The notes: generated from the letters alone by a model not told the origin. Counted from the first letter of the stretch, positions 47,536 to 58,533 are shown. The stretch: 64,000 nt of DNA from Minisyncoccota bacterium (GCA_036169735.1 JAVHNX010000033.1:27827-91826), one strand, 5' to 3'. Program-made: numbers and translations.

Positions 47536-49719
47536 CTAATTAGCATTACGTACTAAAAAGTATTCGTTATATGGTTGATCATCAGTTACTTCAATTTTTT
47601 TATTAGAATTTAATAACTGATTAATATTAATTTTGCCACTTATAATTCTTTTAATGAAACTTAAAATATTAGGATCGTTGTAATCATTCCATTCCATTAA
47701 ATCGTCTTGTGCAGATAATGGCATGTTTTTTACAATTTGTTCTGGATTTGGAATATTAATAGGTTCATTTGAAGCAAAAAAGTGATATCCCCACTGTCTA
47801 ACTGATTGATAGACTTCAACATAAGGAAAAACTTCAATTAGTGATCTTGCTACTGCTTGTAGGGCTTTGTCATTTTCATTTCCTCCTGGGTACCATTGGG
47901 CCAGAATACCATTTTTAGATAAATGTGTTTGAGCGATTTCATAAAATTCTTTTGAATACAATAAACTTGATCCAGCCGCTTCTACTGGTGGTGGTGGATC
48001 AATAGCAATCAAATCATACTTTTCTGAAGTACGTTCTAGAAATCTACGCCCATCGTCTATAATTATTTGGTTGTTTGATTTAGCTAAAACCTGATTCGCA
48101 TCAGAAAAAAAATATGAAAAGAATTCCTTAACACTTGGTGTCAGTTCAACTGCTGTTGTGTTAAAGCCCCAACTTGCTGCAGAACGGAAAGTTGTACCCA
48201 TACCGAAACATATTACTAATGCTTTTTTTGGATTTTGAGGTAAACTGGCTAAGGGTAAATGCGCCATTATTTTAGTAATAGGTGTTAATGTTGTCATACC
48301 AACACCATTAACCATTAAGTACTTAGATCTCATATCAGTTTGATCTAGAGTTGCAGCTAAAACCGTAGCATTGTAATCGTTTTTAATAATTTTATTAGGT
48401 GCTATCATATACTCCTCAAATGTTGTGCTAAATTTAACAGTGAGTAATAATAAAACAAACACCATAATTAATATTGGTTTACGAAGGTATGATTGTAGAG
48501 TACTTATTTCACTTTTACGAATTAAAAACCAAATTAAAGGTAAACTAAAAAATATAATTGATAATTTTGAACCAATTAACGGCAGTAATATATATGAAGC
48601 CACAATTGGACCAATAATACAACCTAGTAAATTAATTGCATATGCCACTCCAGCAGTATTTGGATTTCCTTGTGATAATTTGTCAATTTGTTTCGGAGTT
48701 AAATAACCCAAAATATATGAAATTAAAAATACACACAAAATTACTCCAATAACTCCCCAACCTATGCGTGGATCTACAAACCAAATTTGTCCAATAGAAA
48801 CTATACACAATAGTTGTAATAAAATTTTAGTTGATAAAACTTTCCCTTTTTGAATATTATTTCGATAATGTAATAGCCCAACACAAGTTCCGAGTAAATA
48901 TAAAAACAATATGAATGCAAATGCATAAACTGAAGTTTCTAAAATAGGTGTAAATAATCGATTCCATACTACTTCAAAACCAACAGATGAAAATCCAGTA
49001 ATAAATAATAAACCTAAGATAAACTTATCTTTTATGTTTATTTCCTTTAAAATAAAAGATTTAAATTCTTCTTTCTTTTCTTGTCGAAGAGGATTTAATT
49101 TTAAATTTTTAGCAATTTTAATACTGATTAGTGCAATTAAAAAATTTAAAAATGAAGCGAATAATAATGTTTTTTTAAAACCTAATAATTCAATTAATAC
49201 TCCGGCAGTTAAAAATGTACCAACCATAGCACCAAATGTATTAGCTAAATATAAAAAACTAAAAATATTTTTATCCCAAGTGAAATGCTTATTTAAGAAT
49301 TCCATTATTAATGGAATTGTAGTACCCATTAAAAAACACCAAGGTAGCATATCTAAAGATAGAACTAGTGCTGATAAACCTAAGTATGCCCACGAATTTG
49401 TTTGACCAAAAGTAAGAAGCCATAAATGTCCCATTAAAAAAAGTTTTGGTATAATTAATGCTCCTATTCCTATTCCTATTTCTGCAATACTGTAAAAATA
49501 CAAAGATTCTATCTTATATTTTTTAGCTAACTTTATTAAATATTTACCAGAGATCCATGATCCTAGCACTAGTCCTAACATAAATACAGATACAACTATT
49601 GAGATCACTTGAGCATTTATACCAAAATTTGCATAAGCTAATCTTAACCAAACAGTTTGATATAATAATGCACAAAATCCTGAGATAAAAAATAAAAAGA
49701 AAAAAAGTTTTTTGATCAT
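47536..49719 (-). CDS. Polytopic membrane domain fused to a spermidine synthase-like (aminopropyltransferase fold) domain
   Basis: 727 aa. About 11 TM helices, then a class I methyltransferase-like fold (VICFGMGTT ... IDDGRRF ... YDLIAIDPPPP). Confidence 0.7.
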   Translation of the reverse strand: MIKKLFFFLFFISGFCALLYQTVWLRLAYANFGINAQVISIVVSVFMLGLVLGSWISGKYLIKLAKKYKIESLYFYSIAEIGIGIGALIIPKLFLMGHLWLLTFGQTNSWAYLGLSALVLSLDMLPWCFLMGTTIPLIMEFLNKHFTWDKNIFSFLYLANTFGAMVGTFLTAGVLIELLGFKKTLLFASFLNFLIALISIKIAKNLKLNPLRQEKKEEFKSFILKEINIKDKFILGLLFITGFSSVGFEVVWNRLFTPILETSVYAFAFILFLYLLGTCVGLLHYRNNIQKGKVLSTKILLQLLCIVSIGQIWFVDPRIGWGVIGVILCVFLISYILGYLTPKQIDKLSQGNPNTAGVAYAINLLGCIIGPIVASYILLPLIGSKLSIIFFSLPLIWFLIRKSEISTLQSYLRKPILIMVFVLLLLTVKFSTTFEEYMIAPNKIIKNDYNATVLAATLDQTDMRSKYLMVNGVGMTTLTPITKIMAHLPLASLPQNPKKALVICFGMGTTFRSAASWGFNTTAVELTPSVKEFFSYFFSDANQVLAKSNNQIIIDDGRRFLERTSEKYDLIAIDPPPPVEAAGSSLLYSKEFYEIAQTHLSKNGILAQWYPGGNENDKALQAVARSLIEVFPYVEVYQSVRQWGYHFFASNEPINIPNPEQIVKNMPLSAQDDLMEWNDYNDPNILSFIKRIISGKININQLLNSNKKIEVTDDQPYNEYFLVRNAN

Positions 49720-49756
49720 ATTTGAAGTATTTTATTTAAAATAATAATATGTAAGT

Positions 49757-51451
49757 TTAATAAGTTTGAATAAGTTGTAAAAATTCTGGTGGAAGTTGAA
49801 ATCCTCTTTTGTAGAGTTCTCCTGTATAAAATGCTGCATCTTTGTAATTTTTTTGGTCATAGTAATTTGCAGCTAAAGCTTTCAGGGCATCAATATGGTT
49901 AGGATTAATTTCTAGTGTTTCTTTCCATTTTATTTCAGCTTCTGCAATTTTTTCTTGTTTCCAATACAATAATCCTAAATTAAAATATGCATTGTCATAA
50001 TTTGGATTAATTTCTATTTCTTTTTTATATTCAATTTCAGCTTCTGTAAATTTATTTTGGTTAGCATAAGTAAGACCTAGATTATTGTGGGTCATCGGTT
50101 CATTAGGGTTAAGTTCTAGTGTTTTTTTGAATTGAATTTCTGCCTCCAACATATTCCCATCCAAAAAATTCATTGCGCCTAAATTATTACTACTAAAAGC
50201 ATAACTTGGTGATGTTTCTGTCGCATTTTTCCAAAACGCTAGTCTATTAACAAAATTTCTACTATGTACCATAGTAATCAGACTAAATATTATTATTACG
50301 CTACTAATGATTATTAGTGTACTTTTCTTTTTTATGTCAATTTTTTTAATAAAATCAGTCTCAAGTAGAATTATAAAAATCCCAATTATAGGTAAGTACA
50401 ATCTGTGTTCACTAAAATTAGCGACAGAATTAGGATCAGGACGGATAAATGAAGGCAACAAAAAAAACAGAAACCACATTAATCCAAATAAGATATAATT
50501 CCAACGTCTATTTTTGGTAAAGAATAATATTACCGTTAACAAAATTATTGAAATAATACCATAAATAAATGTCGTGTCCTTCATTATAGGTAATACGCTT
50601 AAGTTGAATGGGAAAAATATTTTTCCTAGAAGTTGAATTAATGCAGGAAGACTAGAGAAAACTGATTTAATAATGTTTATTAATGTTGCAGGTGTGGAAC
50701 CATTAAGAGCAAAGTATCGAAGTAAAATCCAAATTCCAACAGCACCAGAAGATCCAAGTAATAAATAAAATTTATTATAAACTTTATTTTCTTTATTTAT
50801 AAAATATAAATAGTAAAATATTATTGGTAGGATAAATATCGCAGATTCTTTTGTAAAGAGTGCCAAGCTGAAAAATAAAAAAGACCAAAGTAAATTATTC
50901 GTCCTTTTTTCTTTAGTTTCCTTTATAAGAAAAATAAAACTTGAAAGAATAAAAATGGCTAGCAACGAGTCATTCCTTCCTGGAATCCAAGCGACTGCCT
51001 GAGTTAAAACAGGATGTACTAAAAATATTATAGAAAAAAGGAATGCAAGTTCCTTGCGGTAGTCTAACTTTTTGAGGAAGCTAAATAGTAAACATGTTGC
51101 CAAAATATGTAGCCAAATATTGGTAAAATGATAAATAAAAGGAGAAATTCCACCAATTTGGTAATCAAATAGAAATGATAGAGTTAAAATTGGACGATAA
51201 TAAAAAGCAAGTATTTTTGTTGAGTTAAATACATCAATTTGAAAAAAATGCACAATATTTGAAAAACTACTGAGAAGATTCGTATTACCTAAAATTAATG
51301 TGTTATCATCTAAATAAGAAAAATCAAAAAAAATCGCCTGAAAATAAACAAATAATCCCAGCGAAATAATAATTCCAAATGGAATCCAATTTATTGAAAA
51401 TATTTTATCTATAAAACTAACTGAATAATTTTTAAATGATTTGTTTTTCAT
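49757..51451 (-). CDS. Polytopic membrane protein with C-terminal TPR repeats (PMT/ArnT-like glycosyltransferase candidate)
   Basis: 564 aa. About 10 TM helices. Four C-terminal TPR units. Confidence 0.5.
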   Translation of the reverse strand: MKNKSFKNYSVSFIDKIFSINWIPFGIIISLGLFVYFQAIFFDFSYLDDNTLILGNTNLLSSFSNIVHFFQIDVFNSTKILAFYYRPILTLSFLFDYQIGGISPFIYHFTNIWLHILATCLLFSFLKKLDYRKELAFLFSIIFLVHPVLTQAVAWIPGRNDSLLAIFILSSFIFLIKETKEKRTNNLLWSFLFFSLALFTKESAIFILPIIFYYLYFINKENKVYNKFYLLLGSSGAVGIWILLRYFALNGSTPATLINIIKSVFSSLPALIQLLGKIFFPFNLSVLPIMKDTTFIYGIISIILLTVILFFTKNRRWNYILFGLMWFLFFLLPSFIRPDPNSVANFSEHRLYLPIIGIFIILLETDFIKKIDIKKKSTLIIISSVIIIFSLITMVHSRNFVNRLAFWKNATETSPSYAFSSNNLGAMNFLDGNMLEAEIQFKKTLELNPNEPMTHNNLGLTYANQNKFTEAEIEYKKEIEINPNYDNAYFNLGLLYWKQEKIAEAEIKWKETLEINPNHIDALKALAANYYDQKNYKDAAFYTGELYKRGFQLPPEFLQLIQTY

Positions 51452-52176
51452 TTTTTAATACTAAAAATTCTTTTTAAAAAAAACTTAACTGCAATAAATA
51501 GAGTTGAAAATCCATATTTTAAACTCCTGATAAAATTTATAGAAGAGGCTTCCTTGAAATATCTAACCGGAACAGGAATTTCACCAATACGATATCCTTT
51601 TTCTATTATTTTAAATAATACTTGAGTGTCAAAAACAAAGTCATCTGAATTCTTCATAAAATCAATATTTTCCAGTACTCCTCTTTTATAAGCTCTCATA
51701 CCTGTGTGCCATTCAGATAAATTGTACCCACTCAAAACATTCTCCCAAAAAGTTAGGAAACGGTTAGCAAAATACTTATACATCGGCATCCCTCCTGCCA
51801 AAGCTTCTTTTCTAGATCGGATTCTAGAACCCAACATCACATCGCAATACCCTTCTTCAATAAAACCAACTAAATATTTTATCACTTTTGGGTCATATTG
51901 ATAATCAGGATGAATCATTACAATAATATCTGCACCTTTCTCTAGCGCCATTTTGTAGCAAGTTTTTTGATTACCTCCATAACCTTTATTTTTATCGTGA
52001 CAAAATACAGTCAGGTTAAGTTTTTTTGCTAAACTAACTGTTTTATCAGTGCTATTATCATCAACTAGGATTATTTCACTGACAATATCTCTCGGTATTT
52101 CTAATACTGTTTTTTCTAAAGTTTTCTCAGCATTATATGCCGGCATTATAACGATAGTCTTTATTTTTTTAGTCAT
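51448..52176 (-). CDS. Family 2 glycosyltransferase (dolichyl/polyprenyl-phosphate sugar synthase-like)
   Basis: 242 aa. [10 protein letters not shown] ... VDDNSTD (DxD). Confidence 0.8.
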   Translation of the reverse strand: MTKKIKTIVIMPAYNAEKTLEKTVLEIPRDIVSEIILVDDNSTDKTVSLAKKLNLTVFCHDKNKGYGGNQKTCYKMALEKGADIIVMIHPDYQYDPKVIKYLVGFIEEGYCDVMLGSRIRSRKEALAGGMPMYKYFANRFLTFWENVLSGYNLSEWHTGMRAYKRGVLENIDFMKNSDDFVFDTQVLFKIIEKGYRIGEIPVPVRYFKEASSINFIRSLKYGFSTLFIAVKFFLKRIFSIKK

Positions 52177-52240
52177 ATTATCTTAGTTGAAAACTTATAA
52201 AGTCTAACATAACAAAAAGAGAGCAGCAATAATATGATTT

Positions 52241-53272
52241 TTATAAAATCTTCGCAAAAAGCTGAAATAAATGTGCCCAAAAGTAGTCCAGCATATTTGG
52301 TTTATAATCTTTTTGGTTAAAAATAATTGATCCCTCTTTCCATTTATTTGTTATTACAACAAGTTTACCTACTGTTGCAAGGTCACTAAAAAAAACTCCT
52401 AGTTCTGTATTGAGTTCAAATGATAAAAAATCTAAATTTTGTGATCCTATTATTCCTTCCCTCTCATCAATTATCATAACCTTCGCGTGATTCATTTCGG
52501 GTTCAAGGTAAAAATTTACCCCTAGCTTTGCTAATTTATTTATATAAAAATAGTTTACACGATCAATCAAGGTATGATCTGTAGTTTTAGGGACTAGGAT
52601 ATCTACTTTTACTCCACGTAAAACAGCTTGATGAAGAAGTACGATAAACCACCGCTTGGGCATGAAATATGGAGTAGCAAGTATTACATGTTTTTTTGTT
52701 TGATTTAAATATTCTTTATAAACTCTTTTTAAAAAAAATTTGTTTCTATGTGGAAAATTTTCAATTAACCATATTTGTGTTTTATGTAAAAAATTCTTTT
52801 TACTTTCAGAAAGAATTAATGGATCTTTACCTCCGCACTCTACATATGATTTTGCAAAAGATTTAATTATTTTTTTAATAAATGCACCTTTAACTCTTAC
52901 GACTAAATCATTCCATAACTTTGCGCTCTGGTGAAAGTTAACTCCCCCGATAAAACCAATTGAATTATCCACAACAAGTATTTTTCTATGTGCGCGGTGA
53001 AATAAATAACTTATAAATAAAATCTCTACTCCAGCCTCTTTCATACTACTGAGTGCACTTTTACTAAGCTTAGAACTACCAAAATAATCTAGTATTACAC
53101 GAATTCTAAGTCCTTGTTTTGCTTTTTCTGTTAAAAGTGCTGAAAAATTGAACTTTTCCATGTCATCTTGAAAAATGTACATTTCTAAATATACAGATTC
53201 CTTGGCTAGTTTTATGGCTTCAAACATGGCCTGCCATGTTGTTTCTGAGTTAGTAAAAAATTTATATTGCAT
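52241..53272 (-). CDS. Phospholipase D / cardiolipin synthase-like protein (two HKD motifs)
   Basis: 343 aa. HRKILVVDN...GGVN and NHAKVMIIDE...GSQN. Confidence 0.75.
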   Translation of the reverse strand: MQYKFFTNSETTWQAMFEAIKLAKESVYLEMYIFQDDMEKFNFSALLTEKAKQGLRIRVILDYFGSSKLSKSALSSMKEAGVEILFISYLFHRAHRKILVVDNSIGFIGGVNFHQSAKLWNDLVVRVKGAFIKKIIKSFAKSYVECGGKDPLILSESKKNFLHKTQIWLIENFPHRNKFFLKRVYKEYLNQTKKHVILATPYFMPKRWFIVLLHQAVLRGVKVDILVPKTTDHTLIDRVNYFYINKLAKLGVNFYLEPEMNHAKVMIIDEREGIIGSQNLDFLSFELNTELGVFFSDLATVGKLVVITNKWKEGSIIFNQKDYKPNMLDYFWAHLFQLFAKIL

Positions 53273-53290
53273 TAAACTATATTATACACG

Positions 53291-53329
53291 AGATAAAAAT
53301 AAAAAAAGCCACAAATTATATGTGGCTTT
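53291..53329 (-). terminator. Rho-independent terminator for the 53345..53929 gene
   Basis: AAAGCCACA-N7-TGTGGCTTT with T-run on the minus strand. Confidence 0.6.
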
Positions 53330-53344
53330 AAAAATAAAACAATA

Positions 53345-53929
53345 CTATTCTTCATTCTGGTAAACATCAAAATGAATCACACCCATTACCATATCATGAT
53401 CTACAAAATGATTTTTAATATGAACAATAAATTTAGATGATTGATCCGCGGTGATTCCCTTCAGAGTAAAAATACTTGTAATCTGAGTTGCAACAGCTGC
53501 TTGATTATTTGTTTCAGACTTAAAAGGAAAAGATTCAGTAAAAGCATCCTTGATGAATATTTTTACTAAATTATTAGGTTTAATATTTGAATAATAAAGT
53601 TTAAATGAGTTTAAGTCATTATTTTCAGAATATTTAAATAGTTCCCCCAATCTTTCTTTTGAAGCGGCTTGAAATATTTCTTCCTGGAGTGTTTGCCATA
53701 TAGCCAAAAGCACTTTGATTTCAGATTTTTGATTAAATGGAATTGAAACAAAGTGTCCGTCATGCATTTTGGAAACATAAACAAAGTTTTTCGTTGCTAG
53801 TTTTCTTTTGTAAATTCTACTTGCAATTTCAGCTGTACCAAAGAATGTAAATAATAAGCCGATAACGAAACATCCCATATAAAAAAGGATTTGTTCGCCT
53901 GTTGAGGAAAAAGTTAAAAAAATCATCAT
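53345..53929 (-). CDS. Membrane-anchored hypothetical protein
   Basis: 194 aa, N-terminal TM. Confidence 0.4.
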   Translation of the reverse strand: MMIFLTFSSTGEQILFYMGCFVIGLLFTFFGTAEIASRIYKRKLATKNFVYVSKMHDGHFVSIPFNQKSEIKVLLAIWQTLQEEIFQAASKERLGELFKYSENNDLNSFKLYYSNIKPNNLVKIFIKDAFTESFPFKSETNNQAAVATQITSIFTLKGITADQSSKFIVHIKNHFVDHDMVMGVIHFDVYQNEE

Positions 53930-54038
53930 AATCTTGAGTGTTTTAAGTTGTTGAGAACTATTTCTACCTACCTAAAGTAACAATAAATTCATATATTGTC
54001 AAGTAAATATTTTTTATTTTATACTATTATTTACATAT

Positions 54039-54206
54039 ATGAATTCAAAAACTTTTGTCTTGATTGGTACAATTATTGGTTCCTCGATTGGAAGCCTAGT
54101 TCCCCTTTTACGGGGAGATGGTGTTTTTTCTTTTTCTTCAATCATTTTCAGTGCTATAGGAGCAATAGCTGGAATTTATCTTGGTTTCAAACTGAGTAAT
54201 CAATAA
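54039..54206 (+). CDS. Small membrane protein, GlsB/YeaQ/YmgE-like
   Basis: 55 aa: MNSKTFVLIGTIIGSSIGSLVP...IAGIYLGFKLSNQ. The ORF-track frame at 53996-54199 is low-complexity and is rejected in favour of this frame. Confidence 0.45.
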   Translation: MNSKTFVLIGTIIGSSIGSLVPLLRGDGVFSFSSIIFSAIGAIAGIYLGFKLSNQ

Positions 54207-54243
54207 TAAAAAAACCCAGCCTTATTATTTAAGGCTGGGTTAG
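54207..54243. terminator. Hairpin AACCCAGCC-N11-GGCTGGGTT; T-run on the minus strand, A-run preceding it on the plus strand
   Basis: Seen directly. Confidence 0.5.
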
Positions 54244-54324
54244 TATGTTCATTAGAATCAAAACAATTATGTTAAGCGGTTAACCAAACGTCTGTTTCCT
54301 AAACTAATGTTTATATAAACATAC

Positions 54325-54756
54325 CTATTCTAGAGGTTCGTTATCAATCCAATCAATTTCTTTTAAGTTGTTGATAGGAAAAATTATTTGATATCTCTTA
54401 GAAAGAGTTATTACTTCTCGCTTCAAGATTGTTTCATAGTCAAAATCATAATCAGCAAGTTTTTCAAATTCTTTTTTTTCTGAGAAAAAGATTATTGCTG
54501 CTGATTCTATTCCTGAAGTAAAATCAAAAGTGATTCCTCTTGGGTCATTTATTATCAATTCCCTCTCTTCCTGAATATTTTTTTTAAAACCAATTCGTCC
54601 TATAAATCCATCAGCTTTGACTCTCTTTTTTTCTGAAAGATAACTAATCTTAACAGATATAATATTCTTTTTGACTATTTCTGTTAAAGGAATACTTTTG
54701 TTTTCATTATTTTTGAAAACTAGAATTTCTGGGAACACTGCATTATTTCTTTTCAT
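54325..54756 (-). CDS. Hypothetical protein
   Basis: 143 aa, no recognisable motif. Confidence 0.4.
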   Translation of the reverse strand: MKRNNAVFPEILVFKNNENKSIPLTEIVKKNIISVKISYLSEKKRVKADGFIGRIGFKKNIQEERELIINDPRGITFDFTSGIESAAIIFFSEKKEFEKLADYDFDYETILKREVITLSKRYQIIFPINNLKEIDWIDNEPLE

Positions 54757-54931
54757 ATTTATTAGTTTTAATTATTTTTATTTAAATTACTTCAAATTCC
54801 CCTAGAAATACAAAGTAATTTAAACAAAGAAAATTAAACTTTCTCACAAAGAACCATTACCACTGTACATATAATAGCATAATATATCAGTATGTCAATT
54901 TAATTTAAGTATAATAGTACCAAGAAACACA

Positions 54932-54961
54932 AAAGCCCACCGGTTTAAACCGGTGGGCTTT
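54932..54961 (-). terminator. 30-bp perfect palindrome AAAGCCCACCGGTTT|AAACCGGTGGGCTTT downstream of the 54977 gene
   Basis: Seen directly. GC-rich stem in an AT-rich spacer. Confidence 0.55.
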
Positions 54962-54976
54962 TGTTATTAGCTTAGA

Positions 54977-55606
54977 TTATTTATTCTTTTTTGTTACTAC
55001 AGTTTTTTTGACTACTACTTTTTTTGCAGGAGTTTTTGCTACAACAACCTTTTTTGCAACTGTCTTGACAGCTAATATTTTTTTTACTTCTATTTTTGGT
55101 GCTGTCATTTTAGGTGCCATGATTACAGCTGGAATAGCCTTCGCAACAGGAGCTGATTCTTTAGCTTGAGAAAGTCTTTCCATTACAGTTATAAGACGAT
55201 CAAGTTTCATGCCTATTTCTCTTAATTGTTTCTTTGTATCATCTTGTGCAAATGCAGGAGCTGATGTAGGTTTTGAAAAAGAACTAGTTGAACTAGGTCT
55301 GTCACTACTGTATTCTCTTCTTGGTTCACGACTTTCAAAATCTCTACGTGGAGCTCTTTCTCCTCCATCTTCTCTTTTACTACTAAAACAATCGGAACAG
55401 TAAACAGGTTTATCACCTGTTGGGCGAAAAGGAACTTCACAGTTCTTGCCACATTCACTACAGACAGCTTTGTGCATAACAACTTCTCTATCACGAAAAC
55501 CTCCACCTCCAAAACTCTTTTTCTGAAAGTTTGGTCTTCCTCCTCTACTATTACCACCTCTAAAACCTCCACCTCCTCTTCTATCTCCTCCTTGAAAATT
55601 TCCCAT
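54977..55606 (-). CDS. Putative nucleic-acid-binding protein: RGG/Gly-Arg-rich N-terminus, C4 zinc ribbon, lysine-rich (AKKVVV) C-terminal tail
   Basis: 209 aa. CSECGKNCEVPFRPTGDKPVYCSDC. C-terminal KKVVVAKTPAKKVVVKKTVV repeats resemble histone H1-like tails. Confidence 0.55.
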   Translation of the reverse strand: MGNFQGGDRRGGGGFRGGNSRGGRPNFQKKSFGGGGFRDREVVMHKAVCSECGKNCEVPFRPTGDKPVYCSDCFSSKREDGGERAPRRDFESREPRREYSSDRPSSTSSFSKPTSAPAFAQDDTKKQLREIGMKLDRLITVMERLSQAKESAPVAKAIPAVIMAPKMTAPKIEVKKILAVKTVAKKVVVAKTPAKKVVVKKTVVTKKNK

Positions 55607-55729
55607 AAAATATTTTGTTTGTATGTCTATATACTAGACAAGTTATAATAAATATTTCATAACTATATGCTTTTTAACAATAAAAAGCAAGAAAAAAGCC
55701 GTAACCTTATTATTTATTGGTAATTGAGA

Positions 55730-55760
55730 ATAAAAAAAGCCTATCATTACGATAAGCTTT
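55730..55760 (-). terminator. Rho-independent terminator for the 55778 gene
   Basis: AAAGCCTATC-ATTAC-GATAAGCTTT with minus-strand T-run. Confidence 0.5.
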
Positions 55761-55777
55761 TAAATTTTTTGAACTAA

Positions 55778-56140
55778 TTATTTTATTAATTCAGCTTCTT
55801 TCTTTCTAATATCAACATATTTAAACCAGGTATCCATTGAATAATTCATTTGACGTCTGAATTCTCTTTGGTAATATTGTTCTTTTGATTCTTTATCCTG
55901 TGTAAATGAAGGTATTTCTCGTGCATTTTCTTCTCTTTCAAGGTCATTAGTCCTTTGATTGTAGAGACGTACATGAAAATTTTTATCTGTTTCCATTTCC
56001 AATTCAGCAAATGCAATATGCTTAATTATGGCCTCGTCTTGAGGTGTTTTCATATCCGCTTTTTGTTTAGCCCAATTTTGATTAATAATTCCTTGGAACT
56101 TCTCAAGTTCTTTTTCTAGGTACTCCACGTTTGTTTCCAT
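55778..56140 (-). CDS. Hypothetical protein
   Basis: 120 aa, charged and helical. Confidence 0.4.
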   Translation of the reverse strand: METNVEYLEKELEKFQGIINQNWAKQKADMKTPQDEAIIKHIAFAELEMETDKNFHVRLYNQRTNDLEREENAREIPSFTQDKESKEQYYQREFRRQMNYSMDTWFKYVDIRKKEAELIK

Positions 56141-56145
56141 TTCTC

Positions 56146-56508
56146 TTAATTTTTTAATTGTGAATTTTTATTTAATTTTTCTTGTTCAATTCTTCTATTA
56201 AATTCATCCCTAATCAATATAGATTTTTCATAATCTTCTTCTTTTATTGAAATTTCTAATAGAGATTGTAATTCTTTGTTTTCTATTTTTTTATAATCAA
56301 TTTCTGATTTAAATTTAAAATAGTCAATAAAATTTTCAGAGTTGGCACCAATTTTAATCAAGGAAGTAGATTTATTTCTCTGCTTTTCCTTTTTAATTTC
56401 CTTTTGTATTTCTTTTTTGTTTTCTTTGGGTCCTCTCGAATAAAACAAAACGAGTAAAAGAAGTATTAATACCTCTAGACCAGTTTCAATAAGATAAGGT
56501 GTATTCAT
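56146..56508 (-). CDS. Hypothetical membrane-anchored protein with UVR-like motif
   Basis: 120 aa. N-terminal TM. DYEKSILIRDEFNRR resembles the UvrB/UvrC-type UVR motif. Confidence 0.35.
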   Translation of the reverse strand: MNTPYLIETGLEVLILLLLVLFYSRGPKENKKEIQKEIKKEKQRNKSTSLIKIGANSENFIDYFKFKSEIDYKKIENKELQSLLEISIKEEDYEKSILIRDEFNRRIEQEKLNKNSQLKN

Positions 56509-56582
56509 ATGACAAAGATTTATAGGTTATTACTATTTCCATTAAAATACCATAGATTAGTTAAAAAAGGAAGGGGTGTAAT

Positions 56583-56626
56583 AAAAAAAGAAAAATAAAA
56601 TGCAGCCCATTTTTAGAGCTGCATTT
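56583..56626 (-). terminator. Rho-independent terminator for the 56647 gene
   Basis: AAATGCAGC-N11-GCTGCATTT (9-bp stem) with minus-strand T-run. Confidence 0.6.
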
Positions 56627-56646
56627 GATGAAAAATAGAATGATTT

Positions 56647-57126
56647 TTACATTGCTATTCTTATTTCATTTTTTTCTCTCGATTCTTTCTTTTCAATGAT
56701 AGCGTTTAAGGCCTTCATTTCTTTTTCCATTGCTGCTATTTGTGAAGTAAGATTTCTTTTACGAACAGTTAGTTGTTGCAATGAAAAACCATAATGGGTT
56801 TCTATCTGTAATTTAAAAAAGAGTCTGTCGGCTGCAGTTTTTTCAATTTCAGTTAGGTTACGAATCCTAACATGGTTACCTTTTTGATCTACCCATTCTT
56901 TTTTTGCCATAGTCCATTCACTGGAAAGTGGTAAAGTGCTACCATCAGTATTCAATCTTGCGATTTCTCCACTGGATACAAATCTAGCTCCTTTGTATTT
57001 CATGTAAAAGTACGATGGTTTTAATATCTTCCCGAATATTTCGGTCCGACAAACTAAAACGTGACCTTCTAGGGTCGAGATTCCTTTGTAGGAAATCTTC
57101 ATTACTGGTGTTGTTTTTTCTGGCAT
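56647..57126 (-). CDS. Hypothetical protein
   Basis: 159 aa, C-terminal coiled coil. Confidence 0.4.
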   Translation of the reverse strand: MPEKTTPVMKISYKGISTLEGHVLVCRTEIFGKILKPSYFYMKYKGARFVSSGEIARLNTDGSTLPLSSEWTMAKKEWVDQKGNHVRIRNLTEIEKTAADRLFFKLQIETHYGFSLQQLTVRKRNLTSQIAAMEKEMKALNAIIEKKESREKNEIRIAM

Positions 57127-57198
57127 TTCTCTGTAATTTAGGTTAGTAATTTATTTTATCTAAAAAGAGAGTAACAAATATAGGGTTATTTGTCAATG

Positions 57199-57236
57199 GG
57201 TAATAAAAAACTCTCACTAATTATGTGAGAGTTTTT
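57199..57236 (-). terminator. Rho-independent terminator for the 57254 gene
   Basis: AAAAACTCTCAC-N7-GTGAGAGTTTTT with minus-strand T-run. Confidence 0.65.
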
Positions 57237-57253
57237 GCTATCAAAAGCATTTT

Positions 57254-57676
57254 CTATTTTAATGATTCAAACCCATATCTTGGGATTCTAACTTTTTCAC
57301 TATTTTTTTTGTCATCAAAACTGTCTGACCACTCTTTGATTTTAAATCCGGCATCTTTTAGTTCTTTAATATAATCAAAAGGTAGAAATTCTGTTTCAGT
57401 ATTATTTTTCGGAAAAATAAGAGCAATCTTATCATTTTTTCTTTCTGTCTCATTTTGAATATACTTAAAAAGTTTTACTGCGAACTCAAGTTTGTATTTT
57501 TTCCTTAAATTAATAAGGTTAATACCGTACGTGAGAGCCTGATTTAGTACCATTCGGTGATACTTGCTAATTTTTCTAATATAGATAGGTGTGTTAGTTT
57601 TACCAACACCGTCTCTCGATTCTTTCATCCTTATGTGGAGATTCAGAATCTTTTTTCTGTGTTTTTTGCTACTCAT
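57254..57676 (-). CDS. Hypothetical basic protein
   Basis: 140 aa with basic N-terminus. Confidence 0.4.
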   Translation of the reverse strand: MSSKKHRKKILNLHIRMKESRDGVGKTNTPIYIRKISKYHRMVLNQALTYGINLINLRKKYKLEFAVKLFKYIQNETERKNDKIALIFPKNNTETEFLPFDYIKELKDAGFKIKEWSDSFDDKKNSEKVRIPRYGFESLK

Positions 57677-57698
57677 GTTTTATTTTTTTTAGAGGTTT

Positions 57699-58505
57699 CT
57701 ATTCATTTCGGTTCTTCCTTGCTTCAAGAAGCAACTCTTCATTGGTATATTTTTTCCTTTCAATTACGGAAAAATCATCTTCGTATTCTCCACCACCAGC
57801 AGGACGGATCGTTCTGACCCAATCAAACCGATCAGACAAACCCAGTTTGTTATCAATGGGGTTTTCCCTTGTGTAATGAATTATTGAACAATTAGGAACA
57901 CGACCCCAATCATCTGGAGACAAAAGATACTCATTTGTCTTTTGTAGAGACATCCTTTCAAGAATTATTCGCAATGTTCTCATTACGTGTCCATGGCATA
58001 CAATGATAACATTTTTACCATCACACTCCCTTGCTAAGGTATCAAGAACAATTTTAATTCTTTGACATACATCAGCAATACTTTCTCCCTGTGGAGGACG
58101 AAATAAAAATGGTTGTGTATTGCAAAATTTTTGTTGATCAGGATATTCCAAATCTCTTTTTTCGGGTGTGATTTGGTTAAATAAACCACCATCTCTTTCC
58201 CTGAGATTGAAATCAATCATCCAGTTTGGATTTGGAAGATTTAAATACGCGGCAGTTTCCAATGCTCTGACATTATTAGATACGATCATTCGGTCATAAA
58301 TAAGGAAGTTCTTATTCAAGAACCATTCTCCTGCTTTTTTGGCCTGTTCAATACCTAATTCTGTTAGTTTGTACTGAGATTCATGTAGTTCAAGGAATTC
58401 AGCTGAGAAGAAACAACTATTGTTAGTTTCTTCAAATTGTTTTCTTACGAAATTTCCTTCGGACTGTCCATGTCTTACTAGAAATAAATTTTTTGGCATA
58501 CTCAT
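57699..58505 (-). CDS. Histidine phosphatase superfamily protein (phosphoglycerate mutase-like)
   Basis: 268 aa. LVRHGQSEGN catalytic RHG motif and downstream HGH. Confidence 0.65.
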   Translation of the reverse strand: MSMPKNLFLVRHGQSEGNFVRKQFEETNNSCFFSAEFLELHESQYKLTELGIEQAKKAGEWFLNKNFLIYDRMIVSNNVRALETAAYLNLPNPNWMIDFNLRERDGGLFNQITPEKRDLEYPDQQKFCNTQPFLFRPPQGESIADVCQRIKIVLDTLARECDGKNVIIVCHGHVMRTLRIILERMSLQKTNEYLLSPDDWGRVPNCSIIHYTRENPIDNKLGLSDRFDWVRTIRPAGGGEYEDDFSVIERKKYTNEELLLEARKNRNE

Positions 58506-58533
58506 ATTTTTAGGTTTTAGTATTGATTAAACA

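Noticed and set aside
53996-54199. 67-aa plus-strand ORF from the track
   Set aside because: W/F/C-rich implausible translation. The alternative frame at 54039..54206 encodes a typical YeaQ/YmgE-like small membrane protein.
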